Of a stretch of DNA of 64,000 nt, positions 46,901-64,000 are shown piece by piece; position 1 is the first letter of the stretch; each line of letters opens with the position of its first letter. The stretch is from Eledone cirrhosa. Taxonomy: Eukaryota. The stretch spans positions 12,524,001-12,588,000 of the forward strand of contig OZ024741.1 in assembly GCA_964016885.1 (NCBI GenBank). The letters run 5' to 3'. The translations under genes and the position numbers were made by a program. The notes under the pieces are model-generated. The model had not been told where the DNA came from, did not search any database, and saw only the letters and a list, made by a program, of their open reading frames with translations.

Positions 46901-49900
46901 ACGTACGCTCACATCTACTGAGTTACATTCACACACATCTACAGAGTTACATATACACACATCTACTGAGGTGCATACACACATCTACTGAGTTACATAT
47001 ACACACATCTACTGTGTTACATACACACACCTCTACTGAGTTACATACATACACATCTACTGAGTTACATACACACACATCTACTGAGTTACATACACAC
47101 ACATCTACTAAGTTACATACACACATCTACTGAGTTACATACACACATCTACTGAGTTACATACACACACATCTACTGAGTTACACACACATCTACTGAG
47201 TTACATATACACACATCTACTGAGTTGCATACACACATCTACTGAGTTACATATACACACATCTGCTGTGTTACATACACACACCTCTACTGAGTCACAT
47301 ACATACACCTACTGAGTTACATACACACATCAACTGAGTTACATACACATACATCTACTGAATTACATACATACACATCTACTGAGTTACATACACACTC
47401 ATCTACTGAGTTACATACACACAGCTGCTGAGTTACATACACACACATCTACTGAGTTACATACACACACATCTACTGAGTTACATACATACACATCTAC
47501 TGAGTTACATACACACACATCTACTGAGTTACATACACACACATCTACTGAGTTGCATATACACACATCTACTGAGTTACATATACACACATCTACTGAG
47601 TTACATACACACAAATCTACTGAGTTACATACACACACATCAACTGAGATACATACACACATCTACAGAGTTACATACACACACATCTACTGACTTTCAT
47701 ATACACACATCTACTGAGTTAAATACACACACATCTACTGAGTTACATACACAAACACCTACCGAGTTACATACACACACATCTACTGTGTTACATACAC
47801 ACATCTACTGAGTCACATACATACATCTACTGAATTACATACACACACATCGACTGAGTTACATACACACGCATCTACTGAGTTACATACACACATCTAC
47901 TGAATTACATACACGCACATTTACTGAGTTACATACACACACATCTACTGAGTTACATACACACACATCTCCTAAGTTACATACACACATCTACTGAGTT
48001 ACATACATACACATCTATTGAGTTACATACACACACATCTACTGAGTTACATACACACAAATCTACTGAGTTACATACACAAACATCTACTGAGTTATAT
48101 ACACACACATCTACTGAGTTACATACACACACATCTACTGAGTTACATATACACACATCTACTGAGTTACATACACACATCTACTGAGTTACATACACAC
48201 ACATCTACTGAGTTATATACACACATATCTACTGAGTTACATACACACACATCTACTGAATCACATACATACATCAACTAAATTACATACACACACATCT
48301 ACTGAGTTACATACACACGCATCTACTGAGTTACATACACACTACTGCTGAGTTACATACACACACATCTACTGAGTTACATACACACACATCTACTGTG
48401 TTACATACACACACATCTACTGAGTCACATACATACATCTACTGAATTACATACACGCACATCTACTGAGTTACATACACACACATCTACTGAGTTACAT
48501 ACACACACATCTCCTAAGTTATATACACACATCTACTGAGTTACATACACACACATCTACTGAGTTACATACAGACATATCTACTGAGTTACATACACAC
48601 ATCTACTGAGTTACATACACGCACATCTACTGAGTTACATACACACATCTACTGAGTTACATACACACACATCTACTGAGTTACATACATACATCTACTG
48701 AGTTACATACACACACATCTACTGAGTTACATACACACACATCTACTGAGTTACATATACACACATCTACTGTGTTACATACACACACATCTACTGAGTT
48801 ACATACACACATCTACTGAGTTATATACACTCACATCTACTGAGTTACATACACTCACATCTACTGAGTAACGTACACACATATCTACTGAGTTACATAC
48901 ACACATCTAGTGAGTTACATACACACATCTACTGAGTTACATACACACACATCTACTGAGTTACATACACACACCTCTACTGAGTTACATACACACATCC
49001 ACTGAGTTACATACACACACCTCTACTGAGTTACATACACACACCTCTACTGAGTTACATACACACATCCACTGAGCTACATACACACACCTCTACTCAG
49101 TTACATACACACATCTACTGAGTTATATACACACATCAACTGAGTTACATACACATACATCTACTGAATTACATACATACACATCTACTGAGTTACATAC
49201 ACACGCATCTACTGAGTTACATACACACATCCAGTGAGTTACATACACGCACATCTACTGAGTTACATACATACTTCTACTGAGTTACGTACGCTCACAT
49301 CTACTGAGTTACATTCACACACATCTACAGAGTTACATATACACACATCTACTGAGTTGCATACACACATCTACTGAGTTACATATACACACATCTACTG
49401 TGTTACATACACACACCTCTACTGAGTTACATACATACACATCTACTGAGTTACATACACACACATCTACTGAGTTACATACACACACATCTACTAAGTT
49501 ACATACACACATCTACTGAGTTACATACACACATCTACTGAGTTACATACACACACATCTACTGAGTTACACACACATCTACTGAGTTACATATACACAC
49601 ATCTACTGAGTTGCATACACACATCTACTGAGTTACATATACACACATCTGCTGTGTTACATACACACACCTCTACTGAGTCACATACATACACCTACTG
49701 AGTTACATACACACATCAACTGAGTTACATACACATACATCTACTGAATTACATACATACACATCTACTGAGTTACATACACACGCATCTACTGAGTTAC
49801 ATACACACAGCTGCTGAGTTACATACACACACATCTACTGAGTTACATACACACACATCTACTGAGTTACATACATACACATCTACTGAGTTACATACAC

Positions 49901-52900
49901 ACACATCTACTGAGTTACATACACACACATCTACTGAGTTGCATATACACACATCTACTGAGTTACATATACACACATCTACTGAGTTACATACACACTA
50001 ATCTACTGAGTTACATACACACACATCAACTGAGATACATACACACATCTACAGAGTTACATACACACACATCTACTGACTTTCATATACACACATCTAC
50101 TGAGTTAAATACACACACATCTACTGAGTTACATACACAAACACCTACCGAGTTACATACACACACATCTACTGTGTTACATACACACATCTACTGAGTC
50201 ACATACATACATCTACTGAATTACATACACACACATCGACTGAGTTACATACACACGCATCTACTGAGTTACATACACACATCTACTGAATTACATAAAC
50301 GCACATTTACTGAGTTACATACACACACATCTACTGAGTTACATACACACACATCTCCTAAGTTACATACACACATCTACTGAGTTACATACATACACAT
50401 CTATTGAGTTACATACACACACATCTACTGAGTTACATACACACAAATCTACTGAGTTACATACACAAACATCTACTGAGTTATATACACACACATCTAC
50501 TACGTTACATACACACATCTACTGAGTTACATACACACATCTACTGAGTTACATACACACACATCTACTGAGTTACACACACATCTACTGAGTTACATAT
50601 ACACACATCTACTGAGTTGCATACACACATCTACTGAGTTACATATACACACATCTGCTGTGTTACATACACACACCTCTACTGAGTCACATACATACAC
50701 CTACTGAGTTACATACACACATCAACTGAGTTACATACACATACATCTACTGAATTACATACATACACATCTACTGAGTTACATACACACGCATCTACTG
50801 AGTTACATACACACAGCTGCTGAGTTACATACACACACATCTACTGAGTTACATACACACACATCTACTGAGTTACATACATACACATCTACTGAGTTAC
50901 ATACACACATCTACTGAGTTACATACACACATATCTACTGAGTTACATATACACATATCTACCGAGTTACATACACATATCTACTGAGTTACATACACAC
51001 ACACAACTACTGAGTTCCATGCACACTACTCCTGAGTTACATACACTCACATCTACTGAGTACATACACTCACATCTACTGAGTTACATACACACACATC
51101 TACTGAGTTACATACACATATCTACTGAGTTACATACACACACAACTACTGAGTTACATGCACACATCTGCTGAGTTACATACACACATATCTACTGAGT
51201 TACATACACACCTCTACTTAGTTACATACACACATCTACTGAGTTATATACACACATATCTACTGAGTTACATACACACACATCTATTGAGTTACATACA
51301 CACACATCTACTGTGTCAAATACATACACATCTACTGAGTTACATACACACATCTACTGAATTACGTACACACACATCTACTGAGTTACATACACACGCA
51401 TCTACTGAGTTACATACACACATCTGCTGAGTTAGATACACACACATCTACTGAGTTACATACACACACATCCACTGAGTTACATACATACACATCTACT
51501 TAGTTACATACACACACATCTACTGAGTTAAATACACACACATCTACTGCGTTACATATACACACATCCACTGAGTTACATACACACACCTCTACTGAGT
51601 GACATACACACATCTACTGAGTTACATACACGCACATCTACTGAGTTAGATACACACACATCTACTGAGTTACATACACACACATCCACTGAGTTACATA
51701 CATACACATCTACTTAGTTACATACACACACATCTACTTAGTTACATACACCGACATATACTGTGTTACATATACACACATCTACTGAGTTACATACACA
51801 CAAATCTACTGAGTTACCTACACACACATCTAATGAGTTACATACACGCACATCTTCTGAATTACATATACACACATCTACTGAGTTACATACACACACA
51901 TCAACTGAGATACATACACACATCTACAGAGTTACATACAGACACATCTACTGAGTTACATATACACATCTACTAAGCTACATATACACACATCTACTGA
52001 CTTACAGACACACATCTACTGAGTTACATACACACATCTACTGAGTTACATACACACACATCTACTGAGTTACATACATACATCTACTGAGTTACATACA
52101 TACACATCTACTGAGTTATATAAACACACATCTACTGAGTTACATACACACACATCTACTGACTTTCATATACACACATCTACTGAGTTAAATACACACA
52201 CATCTACTGAGTTACATACACAAACACCTACCGAGTTACATACACACACATCTACTGTGTTACATACACACATCTACTGAGTCACATACATACATCTACT
52301 GAATTACATACACACACATCGACTGAGTTACATACACACGCATCTACTGAGTTACATACACACATCTACTGAATTACATACACGCACATTTACTGAGTTA
52401 CATACACACACATCTACTGAGTTACATACACACACATCTCCTAAGTTACATACACACATCTACTGAGTTACATACATACACATCTATTGAGTTACATACA
52501 CACACATCTACTGAGTTACATACACACAAATCTACTGAGTTACATACACAAACATCTACTGAGTTATATACACACACATCTACTGAGTTACATACACACA
52601 CATCTACTGAGTTACATATACACACATCTACTGAGTTACATACACACATCTACTGAGTTACATACATACACATCTACTGAGTTACGTACGCTCACATCTA
52701 CTGAGTTACATACACTCACATCTACTGAGTTACATACACACATCTACTGAGTTACATACACTCACATCTACTGAATTACATACACACATCTACTGAGTTA
52801 CATACACACACATCTACTGAGTTATATACACACATATCTACTGAGTTAAATACACATACATCTACTGAGTTACATACACACACATCAACTGAGATACATA

Positions 52901-55900
52901 CACACATCTACAGAGTTACATACACACACATCTACTGACTTTCATATACACACATCTACTGAGTTAAATACACACACATCTACTGAGTTACATACACAAA
53001 CACCTACCGAGTTACATACACACACATCTACTGTGTTACATACACACATCTACTGAGTCACATATATACATCTACTGAATTACATACACACACATCGACT
53101 GAGTTACATACACACGCATCTACTGAGTTACATACACACATCTACTGAATTACATAAACGCACATTTACTGAGTTACATACACACACATCTACTGAGTTA
53201 CATACACACACATCTCCTAAGTTACATACACACATCTACTGAGTTACATACATACACATCTATTGAGTTACATACACACACATCTACTGAGTTACATACA
53301 CACAAATCTACTGAGTTACATACACAAACATCTACTGAGTTATATACACACACATCTACTACGTTACATACACACATCTACTGAGTTACATATACACATC
53401 TACTGAGTTACATACACACACATCTACTGAGTTACACACACATCTACTGAGTTACATATACACACATCTACTGAGTTGCATACACACATCTACTGAGTTA
53501 CATATACACACATCTGCTGTGTTACATACACACACCTCTACTGAGTCACATGCATACACCTACTGAGTTACATACACACATCAACTGAGTTACATACACA
53601 TACATCTACTGAATTACATACATACACATCTACTGAGTTACATACACACGCATCTACTGAGTTACATACACACAGCTGCTGAGTTACATACACACACATC
53701 TACTGAGTTACATACACACACATCTACTGAGTTACATACATACACATCTACTGAGTTACATACACACATCTACTGAGTTACATACACACATATCTACTGA
53801 GTTACATATACACATATCTACCGAGTTACATACACATATCTACTGAGTTACATACACACACACAACTACTGAGTTCCATGCACACTACTCCTGAGTTACA
53901 TACACTCACATCTACTGAGTACATACACTCACATCTACTGAGTTACATACACACACATCTACTGAGTTACATACACATATCTACTGAGTTACATACACAC
54001 ACAACTACTGAGTTACATGCACACATCTGCTGAGTTACATACACACATATCTACTGAGTTACATACACACCTCTACTTAGTTACATACACACATCTACTG
54101 AGTTGCATACATACACATCTACTGAGTTACATACACTCACATCTACTGAGTTACATACACACACATCTACTGAATCACATACATACATCAACTAAATTAC
54201 ATACACACACATCTACTGAGTTACATACACACGCATCTACTGAGTTACATACACACTACTGCTGAGTTACATACACACACATCTACTGAGTTACATACAC
54301 ACACATCTACTGTGTTACATACACACACATCTACTGAGTCACATACATACATATACTGAATTACATACACGCACATCTACTGAGTTACATACACACACAT
54401 CTACTGAGTTACATACACACACATCTCCTAAGTTATATACACACATCTACTGAGTTACATACACACACATCTACTGAGTTACATACAGACATATCTACTG
54501 AGTTACATACACACATCTACTGAGTTACATACACGCACATCTACTGAGTTACATACACACATCTACTGAGTTACATACACACACATCTACTGAGTTACAT
54601 ACATACATCTACTGAGTTACATACACACACATCTACTGAGTTACATACACACACATCTACTGAGTTACATATACACACATCTACTGTGTTACATACACAC
54701 ACATCTACTGAGTTACATACACACATCTACTGAGTTATATACACTCACATCTACTGAGTTACATACACTCACATCTACTGAGTAACGTACACACATATCT
54801 ACTGAGTTACATACACACATCTAGTGAGTTACATACACACATCTACTGAGTTACATACACACACATCTACTGAGTTACATACACACACCTCTACTGAGTT
54901 ACATACACACATCCACTGAGTTACATACACACACCTCTACTGAGTTACATACACACACCTCTACTGAGTTACATACACACATCCACTGAGCTACATACAC
55001 ACACCTCTACTCAGTTACATACACACATCTACTGAGTTATATACACACATCAACTGAGTTACATACACATACATCTACTGAATTACATACACACACATCT
55101 ACTGAGTTACATACACACGCATCTACTGAGTTACATACAAACATCCAGTGAGTTACATACACGCACATCTACTGAGTTACATACATACATCTACTGAGTT
55201 ACGTACGCTCACATCTACTGAGTTACATTCACACACATCTACAGAGTTACATATACACACATCTACTGAGGTGCATATACACATCTACTGAGTTACATAT
55301 ACACACATCTACTGTGTTACATACACACACCTCTACTGAGTTACATACATACACATCTACTGAGTTACATACACACACATCTACTGAGTTACATACACAC
55401 ACATCTACTAAGTTACATACACACATCTACTGAGTTACATACACACATCTACTGAGTTACATACACACACATCTACTGAGTTACATATACACACATCTAC
55501 TGAGTTGCATACACACATCTACTGAGTTACATATACACACATCTGCTGTGTTACATACACACACCTCTACTGAGTCACATACATACACCTACTGAGTTAC
55601 ATACACACATCAACTGAGTTACATACACATACATCTACTGAATTACATACATACACATCTACTGAGTTACATACACACGCATCTACTGAGTTACATACAC
55701 ACAGCTGCTGAGTTACATACACACACATCTACTGAGTTACATACACACACATCTACTGAGTTACATACATACACATCTACTGAGTTACATACACACACAT
55801 CTACTGAGTTACATACACACACATCTACTGAGTTGCATATACACACATCTACTGAGTTACATATACACACATCTACTGAGTTACATACACACAAATCTAC

Positions 55901-58900
55901 TGAGTTACATACACACACATCAACTGAGATACATACACACATCTACAGAGTTACATACACACACATCTACTGACTTTCATATACACACATCTACTGAGTT
56001 AAATACACACACATCTACTGAGTTACATACACAAACACCTACCGAGTTACATACACACACATCTACTGTGTTACATACACACATCTACTGAGTCACATAC
56101 ATACATCTACTGAATTACATACACACACATCGACTGAGTTACATACACACGCATCTACTGAGTTACATACACACATCTACTGAATTACATACACGCACAT
56201 TTACTGAGTTACATACACACACATCTACTGAGTTACATACACACACATCTCCTAAGTTACATACACACATCTACTGAGTTACATACATACACATCTATTG
56301 AGTTACATACACACACATCTACTGAGTTACATACACACAAATCTACTGAGTTACATACACAAACATCTACTGAGTTATATACACACACATCTACTGAGTT
56401 ACATACACACACATCTACTGAGTTACATATACACACATCTACTGAGTTACATACACACATCTACTGAGTTACATACACACACATCTACTGAGTTATATAC
56501 ACACATATCTACTGAGTTACATACACACACATCTATCGAGTTACATACACACACATCTACTGTGTCAAATACATACACATCTACTGAGTTACATACACAC
56601 ATCTACTGAATTACGTACACACACATCTACTGAGTTACATACACACGCATCTACTGAGTTACATTCACACATCTGCTGAGTTAGATACACACACATCTAC
56701 TGAGTTACATACACACACATCCACTGAGTTACATACATACACATCTACTTAGTTACATACACACACATCTACTGAGTTAAATACACACACATCTACTGCG
56801 TTACATATACACACATCCACTGAGTTACATACACACACCTCTACTGAGTGACATACACACATCTACTGAGTTACATACACGCACATCTACTGAGTTAGAT
56901 ACACACACATCTACTGAGTTACATACACACACATCCACTGAGTTACATACATACACATCTACTTAGTTACATACACACACATCTACTTAGTTACATACAC
57001 CGACATATACTGTGTTACATATACACACATCTACTGAGTTACATACACACAAATCTACTGAGTTACCTACACACACATCTAATGAGTTACATACACGCAC
57101 ATCTTCTGAATTACATATACACACATCTACTGAGTTACATACACACACATCAACTGAGATACATACACACATCTACAGAGTTACATACAGACACATCTAC
57201 TGAGTTACATATACACATCTACTAAGCTACATATACACACATCTACTGACTTACAGACACACATCTACTGAGTTACATACACACATCTACTGAGTTACAT
57301 ACACACACATCTACTGAGTTACATACATACATCTACTGAGTTACATACATACACATCTACTGAGTTATATAAACACACATCTACTGAGTTACATACACAC
57401 ACATCTACTGACTTTCATATACACACATCTACTGAGTTAAATACACACACATCTACTGAGTTACATACACAAACACCTACCGAGTTACATACACACACAT
57501 CTACTGTGTTACATACACACATCTACTGAGTCACATACATACATCTACTGAATTACATACACACACATCGACTGAGTTACATACACACGCATCTACTGAG
57601 TTACATACACACATCTACTGAATTACATACACGCACATTTACTGAGTTACATACACACACATCTACTGAGTTACATACACACACATCTCCTAAGTTACAT
57701 ACACACATCTACTGAGTTACATACATACACATCTATTGAGTTACATACACACACATCTACTGAGTTACATACACACAAATCTACTGAGTTACATACACAA
57801 ACATCTACTGAGTTATATACACACACATCTACTGAGTTACATACACACACATCTACTGAGTTACATATACACACATCTACTGAGTTACATACACACATCT
57901 ACTGAGTTACATACATACACATCTACTGAGTTACGTACGCTCACATCTACTGAGTTACATACACTCACATCTACTGAGTTACATACACACATCTACTGAG
58001 TTACATACACTCACATCTACTGAATTACATACACACATCTACTGAGTTACATACACACACATCTACTGAGTTATATACACACATATCTACTGAGTTACAT
58101 ACACATACATCTATTGAGTTACATACACACACATCTACTGTGTCAAATACATACACATCTACTGAGTTACATACACACATCTACTGAATTACGTACACAC
58201 ACATCTACTGAGTTACATACACACGCATCTACTGAGTTACATACACACATCTGCTGAGTTAGATACACACACATCTACTGAGTTACATACACACACATCC
58301 ACTGAGTTACATACATACACATCTACTTAGTTACATACACACACATCTACTGAGTTAAATACACACACATCTACTGCGTTACATATACACACATCCACTG
58401 AGTTACATACACACACCTCTACTGAGTGACATACACACATCTACTGAGTTACATACACGCACATCTACTGAGTTAGATACACACACATCTACTGAGTTAC
58501 ATACACACACATCCACTGAGTTACATACATACACATCTACTTAGTTACATACACACACATCTACTTAGTTACATACACCGACATCTACTGTGTTACATAT
58601 ACACACATCTACTGAGTTACATACACACAAATCTACTGAGTTACATACACACCTCTACTGAGTTACATACACACACCATCTACTGAGTTACATACACACA
58701 CATCAACTGAGATACATACACACATCTACAGAGTTACATACAGACACATCTACTGAGTTACATATACACACCTACTAAGCTACATATACACACATCTACT
58801 GAGTTACAGACACACATCTACTGAGTTACATACACACATCTACTGAGTTACATACACACACATCTACTGAGTTACATACACACATATTTACTGAGTTACA

Positions 58901-61900
58901 TACACACATCTAATGAGCTACATACACACATATCTACTGAGTTACATACACACATCTAGTGAGTTACATACACACATCTACTGAGTTACATACACACACA
59001 TCTACTGAGTTACATACACGCACATCTACTGAGTTACATACATACATCTACTGAGTTACGTACGCTCACATCTACTGAGTTACATACACACACATCTACA
59101 GAGTTACATATACACACCTCCACTGAGTTGGATACACACATCTACTGAGTTACATATACACACATCTACTGTGTTACATACACACACATCTACTAAGTTA
59201 CATACACACATCTACTGAGTTACATACACACAAATCTACTGAGTTACATACACACACATCTAATGAGTTACATACACGCACATCTACTGATTTACATACA
59301 TACATCTACTGAGTTACATACAGACACATCTACTGAGTTACATACACACCTCCACTGAGTTACATACACACACCATCTACTGAGTTACATACACACACAT
59401 CTTCTGAATTACATATACACACATCTACTGAGTTACATACACACACATCAACTGAGATACATACACACATCTACAGAGTTACATACAGACACATCTACTG
59501 AGTTACATATACACATCTACTAAGCTACATACACACACATCTACTGAGATACAGACACACATCTACTGAGTTACATACACACATCTACTGAGTTACATAC
59601 ACACACATCTACTGAGTTACATACACACACATCTACTGAGTTACATACACATATCTACTGAGTTACATACACACACAACTACTGAGTTACATGCACACAT
59701 CTACTGAGTTACATACACACATATCTACTGAGTTACATACACACATCTACTGAGTTGCATACACACACATCTACTGAGTTACATACACACACATCTACTG
59801 TGTTACATACACACACATCTACTGAGTCACATACATACATCTACTGAATTACATACACACACATCTACTGAGTTACATACACACGCATCTACTGAGTTAC
59901 ATACACACATCTACTGAATTACATACACGCACATCTACTGAGTTACATACACACACATCTACTGAGTTACATACACACACATCTACTGAGTTACATACAG
60001 ACATATCTACTGAGTTACATACACACATCTACTGAGTTACATACACGCACATCTACTGAGTTACATACACACATCTACTGAGTTATATACACACACATCT
60101 ACTGAGTTACATACATACATCTACTGAGTTACATACACACACATCTACTGAGTTACATACAAACACATCTACTGAGTTACATATACACACATTTCTGTGT
60201 TACATACACACACATCTACTGAGTTACATACACACATCTACTGAGTTATATACACTCACATCTACTGAGTTACATACACTCACATCTACTGAGTTACATA
60301 CACACATATCTACTGAGTTACATACACACATCTAATGAGCTACATACACACATATCTACTGAGTTACATACACACATCTAGTGAGTTACATACACACATC
60401 TACTGAGTTACATACACACACATCTACTGAGTTACATACACACACCTCTACTGAGTTACATACACACATCCACTGTGTTACATACACGCACATCTACTGA
60501 GTTACATACATACATCTACTGAGTTACGTACGCGCACATCTACTGAGTTACATACACACACATCTACAGAGTTACATATACACACATCTACTGAGTTGGA
60601 TACACACATCTACTGAGTTACATATACACACATCTACTGTGTTACATACACACACCTCTACTGAGTTACATACATACACATCTACTGAGTTACATACACA
60701 CACATCTACTGAGTTACATACACACACATCTACTAAGTTACATACACACATCTACTGAGTTACATACACACAAATCTACTGAGTTACATACACACATATC
60801 TAATGAGTTACATACACGCACATCTACTGAGTTACATACATACATCTACTGAGTTACATACAGACACATCTACTGAGTTACATACACACCTCTACTGAGT
60901 TACATACACACACCATCTACTGAGTTACATACACACACATCTTCTGAATTACATATACACACATCTACTGAGTTACATACACACACATCAACTGAGATAC
61001 ATACACACATCTACAGAGTTACATACAGACACATCTACTGAGTTACATATACACATCTACTAAGCTACATACACACACATCTACTGAGTTACAGACACAC
61101 ATCTACTGAGTTACATACACACATCTACTGAGTTACATACACACACATCTACTGAGTTACATACACACATCTACTGAGTTACATACACACATATCTACTG
61201 AGTTACATATACACATATCTACCGAGTTACATACACATATCTACTGAGTTACATACACACACACAACTACTGAGTTCCATGCACACTACTCCTGAGTTAC
61301 ATACACTCACATCTACTGAGTACATACACTCACATCTACTGAGTTACATACACACACAACTACTGAGTTTCATGCACACATCTACTGAGTTACATACACA
61401 CATATCTACTGAGTTACATACACACCTCTACTTAGTTACATACACACAGCTACTGAGTTGCATACATACACATCTACTGAGTTACATACACTCACATCTA
61501 CTGAGTTACATACACACACATCTACTGAATCACATACATACATCAACTAAATTACATACACACACATCTACTGAGTTACATACACACGCATCTACTGAGT
61601 TACATACACACTACTGCTGAGTTACATACACACACATCTACTGAGTTACATACACACACATCTACTGTGTTACATACACACACATCTACTGAGTCACATA
61701 CATACATCTACTAAATTACATACACGCACATCTACTGAGTTACATACACACACATCTACTGAGTTACATACACGCACATCTCCTAAGTTATATACACACA
61801 TCTACTGAGTTACATACACACACATCTACTGAGTTACATACAGACATATCTACTGAGTTACATACACACATCTACTGAGTTACATACACACACATCTACT

Positions 61901-64000
61901 GAGTTACATACATACATCTACTGAGTTACATACACACACATCTACTGAGTTACATACACACACATCTACTGAGTTACATATACACACATTTACTGTGTTA
62001 CATACACACACATCTACTGAGTTACATACACACATCTACTGAGTTATATACACTCACATCTACTGAGTTACATACACTCACATCTACTGAGTAACGTACA
62101 CACATATCTACTGAGTTACATACACACATCTAGTGAGTTACATACACACATCTACTGAGTTACATACACACACATCTACTGAGTTACATACACACACCTC
62201 TACTGAGTTACATACACACATCCACTGAGTTACATACACACACCTCTACTGAGTTACATACACACACCTCTACTGAGTTACATACACACATCCACTGAGC
62301 TACATACACACACCTCTACTCAGTTACATACACACATCTACTGAGTTATATACACACATCAACTGAGTTACATACACATACATCTACTGAATTACATACA
62401 TAAACATCTACTGAGTTACATACACACGCATCTACTGAGTTACATACACACATCCAGTGAGTTACATACACGCACATCTACTGAGTTACATACATACATC
62501 TACTGAGTTACGTACGCTCACATCTACTGAGTTACATTCACACACATCTACAGAGTTACATATACACACATCTACTGAGTTGCATACACACATCTACTGA
62601 GTTACATATACACACATCTACTGTGTTACATACACACACCTCTACTGAGTTACATACATACACATCTACTGAGTTACATACACACACATCTACTGAGTTA
62701 CATACACACACATCTACTAAGTTACATACACACATCTACTGAGTTACATACACACATCTACTGAGTTACATACACACACATCTACTGAGTTACACACACA
62801 TCTACTGAGTTACATATACACACATCTACTGAGTTGCATATACACATCTACTGAGTTACATATACACACATCTGCTGTGTTACATACACACACCTCTACT
62901 GAGTCACATACATACACCTACTGAGTTACATACACACATCAACTGAGTTACATACACATACATCTACTGAATTACATACATACACATCTACTGAGTTACA
63001 TACACACGCATCTACTGAGTTACATACACACAGCTGCTGAGTTACATACACACACATCTACTGAGTTACATACACACACATCTACTGAGTTACATGCACA
63101 CATCTACTGAGTTACATACACACATATCTACTGAGTTACATACACACATCTACTGAGTTGCATACACACACATCTACTGAGTTACATACACACACATCTA
63201 CTGTGTTACATACACACACATCTACTGAGTCACATACATACATCTACTGAATTACATACACACACATCTACTGAGTTACATACACACGCATCTACTGAGT
63301 TACATACACACATCTACTGAATTACATACACGCACATCTACTGAGTTACATACACACACATCTACTGAGTTACATACACACACATCTACTGAGTTACATA
63401 CAGACATATCTACTGAGTTACATACACACATCTACTGAGTTACATACACGCACATCTACTGAGTTACATACACACATCTACTGAGTTATATACACACACA
63501 TCTACTGAGTTACATACATACATCTACTGAGTTACATACACACACATCTACTGAGTTACATACAAACACATCTACTGAGTTACATATACACACATTTCTG
63601 TGTTACATACACACACATCTACTGAGTTACATACACACATCTACTGAGTTATATACACTCACATCTACTGAGTTACATACACTCACATCTACTGAGTTAC
63701 ATACACACATATCTACTGAGTTACATACACACATCTAATGAGCTACATACACACATATCTACTGAGTTACATACACACATCTAGTGAGTTACATACACAC
63801 ATCTACTGAGTTACATACACACACATCTACTGAGTTACATACACACACCTCTACTGAGTTACATACACACATCCACTGTGTTACATACACGCACATCTAC
63901 TGAGTTACATACATACATCTACTGAGTTACGTACGCGCACATCTACTGAGTTACATACACACACATCTACAGAGTTACATATACACACATCTACTGAGTT
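37900..64000. repeat. Higher-order domain B: mosaic of overlapping segmental duplications (about 1.7, 2.0, 3.0, 3.4, 5.2 and 8.3 kb offsets)
   Basis: Distinct marker variants (cactactgctgag, cagctgctgag, gtaacgtac, tccagtgag, catcgactg). Offsets from matching blocks: 38980/40661/42710/45717, 44356/47411/55691, 51738/56987 and 60528/63931. Confidence 0.8.

Larger units (their letters stand above)
7415..64000. repeat. Large satellite array, monomer ATCTACTGAGTTACATAC(AC)n, mostly 22 or 24 bp (rarely 20 or 26); runs off the window end
   Basis: Continuous head-to-tail copies in one orientation with no foreign insertion seen. Roughly 2,400 monomers by arithmetic (56.6 kb / ~23 bp). Confidence 0.98.

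Noticed and set aside
8292-61620. Dozens of His/Thr-rich (STELHTHT, LLSYIHTH) and Cys/Val-rich (CNSVDVCV) ORFs
   Set aside because: They are translations of runs of 24-bp monomers, with frames broken by 22-bp units and frequent TGA stops. They were used only as markers of repeat periodicity.
7415-64000. CRISPR-like appearance (constant core with variable intervening sequence)
   Set aside because: The intervening parts are short AC runs rather than unique spacers, there are no cas genes, and the context is eukaryotic.
7415-64000. Long yeast-type telomeric repeat (GT-rich strand GTGTGTATGTAACTCAGTAGAT)
   Set aside because: The G-rich strand points toward the unique flank, the wrong polarity for a telomere on the right. 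kb-scale HORs indicate recombinational rather than telomerase synthesis.

Overview
Eukaryotic (animal) repeat-rich DNA with no host gene. The tRNA-derived SINE, dense TA/CA microsatellites and R4/Dong LINE suggest an invertebrate such as a cephalopod, which is an inference. Bases 1-7400 are a mosaic of: a 5'-truncated SINE tail; a near full-length but inactivated R4/Dong-clade non-LTR retrotransposon (RT, CCHC and restriction-like endonuclease; one frameshift; YMDD>YMDN; (TAA)8 tail; candidate 10-bp TSD); an orphan ~170-nt leader-like element; a SINE on the minus strand; and several micro/minisatellites. From ~7415 to the window end lies one uninterrupted satellite array (>56 kb) of 22/24-bp monomers ATCTACTGAGTTACATAC(AC)n. 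It is organised into a ~4.1-kb higher-order-repeat domain (~10.5-37.9 kb) and a mosaic multi-period domain (~37.9-64 kb). The strongest lead is a multi-pseudoknot RNA motif present both in the R4/Dong 5' leader (481-620) and in the orphan element (5261-5430), with a compensatory base change in the pseudoknot. It does not fit the canonical HDV ribozyme core. All ORFs past 4257 are artefacts of repeats.
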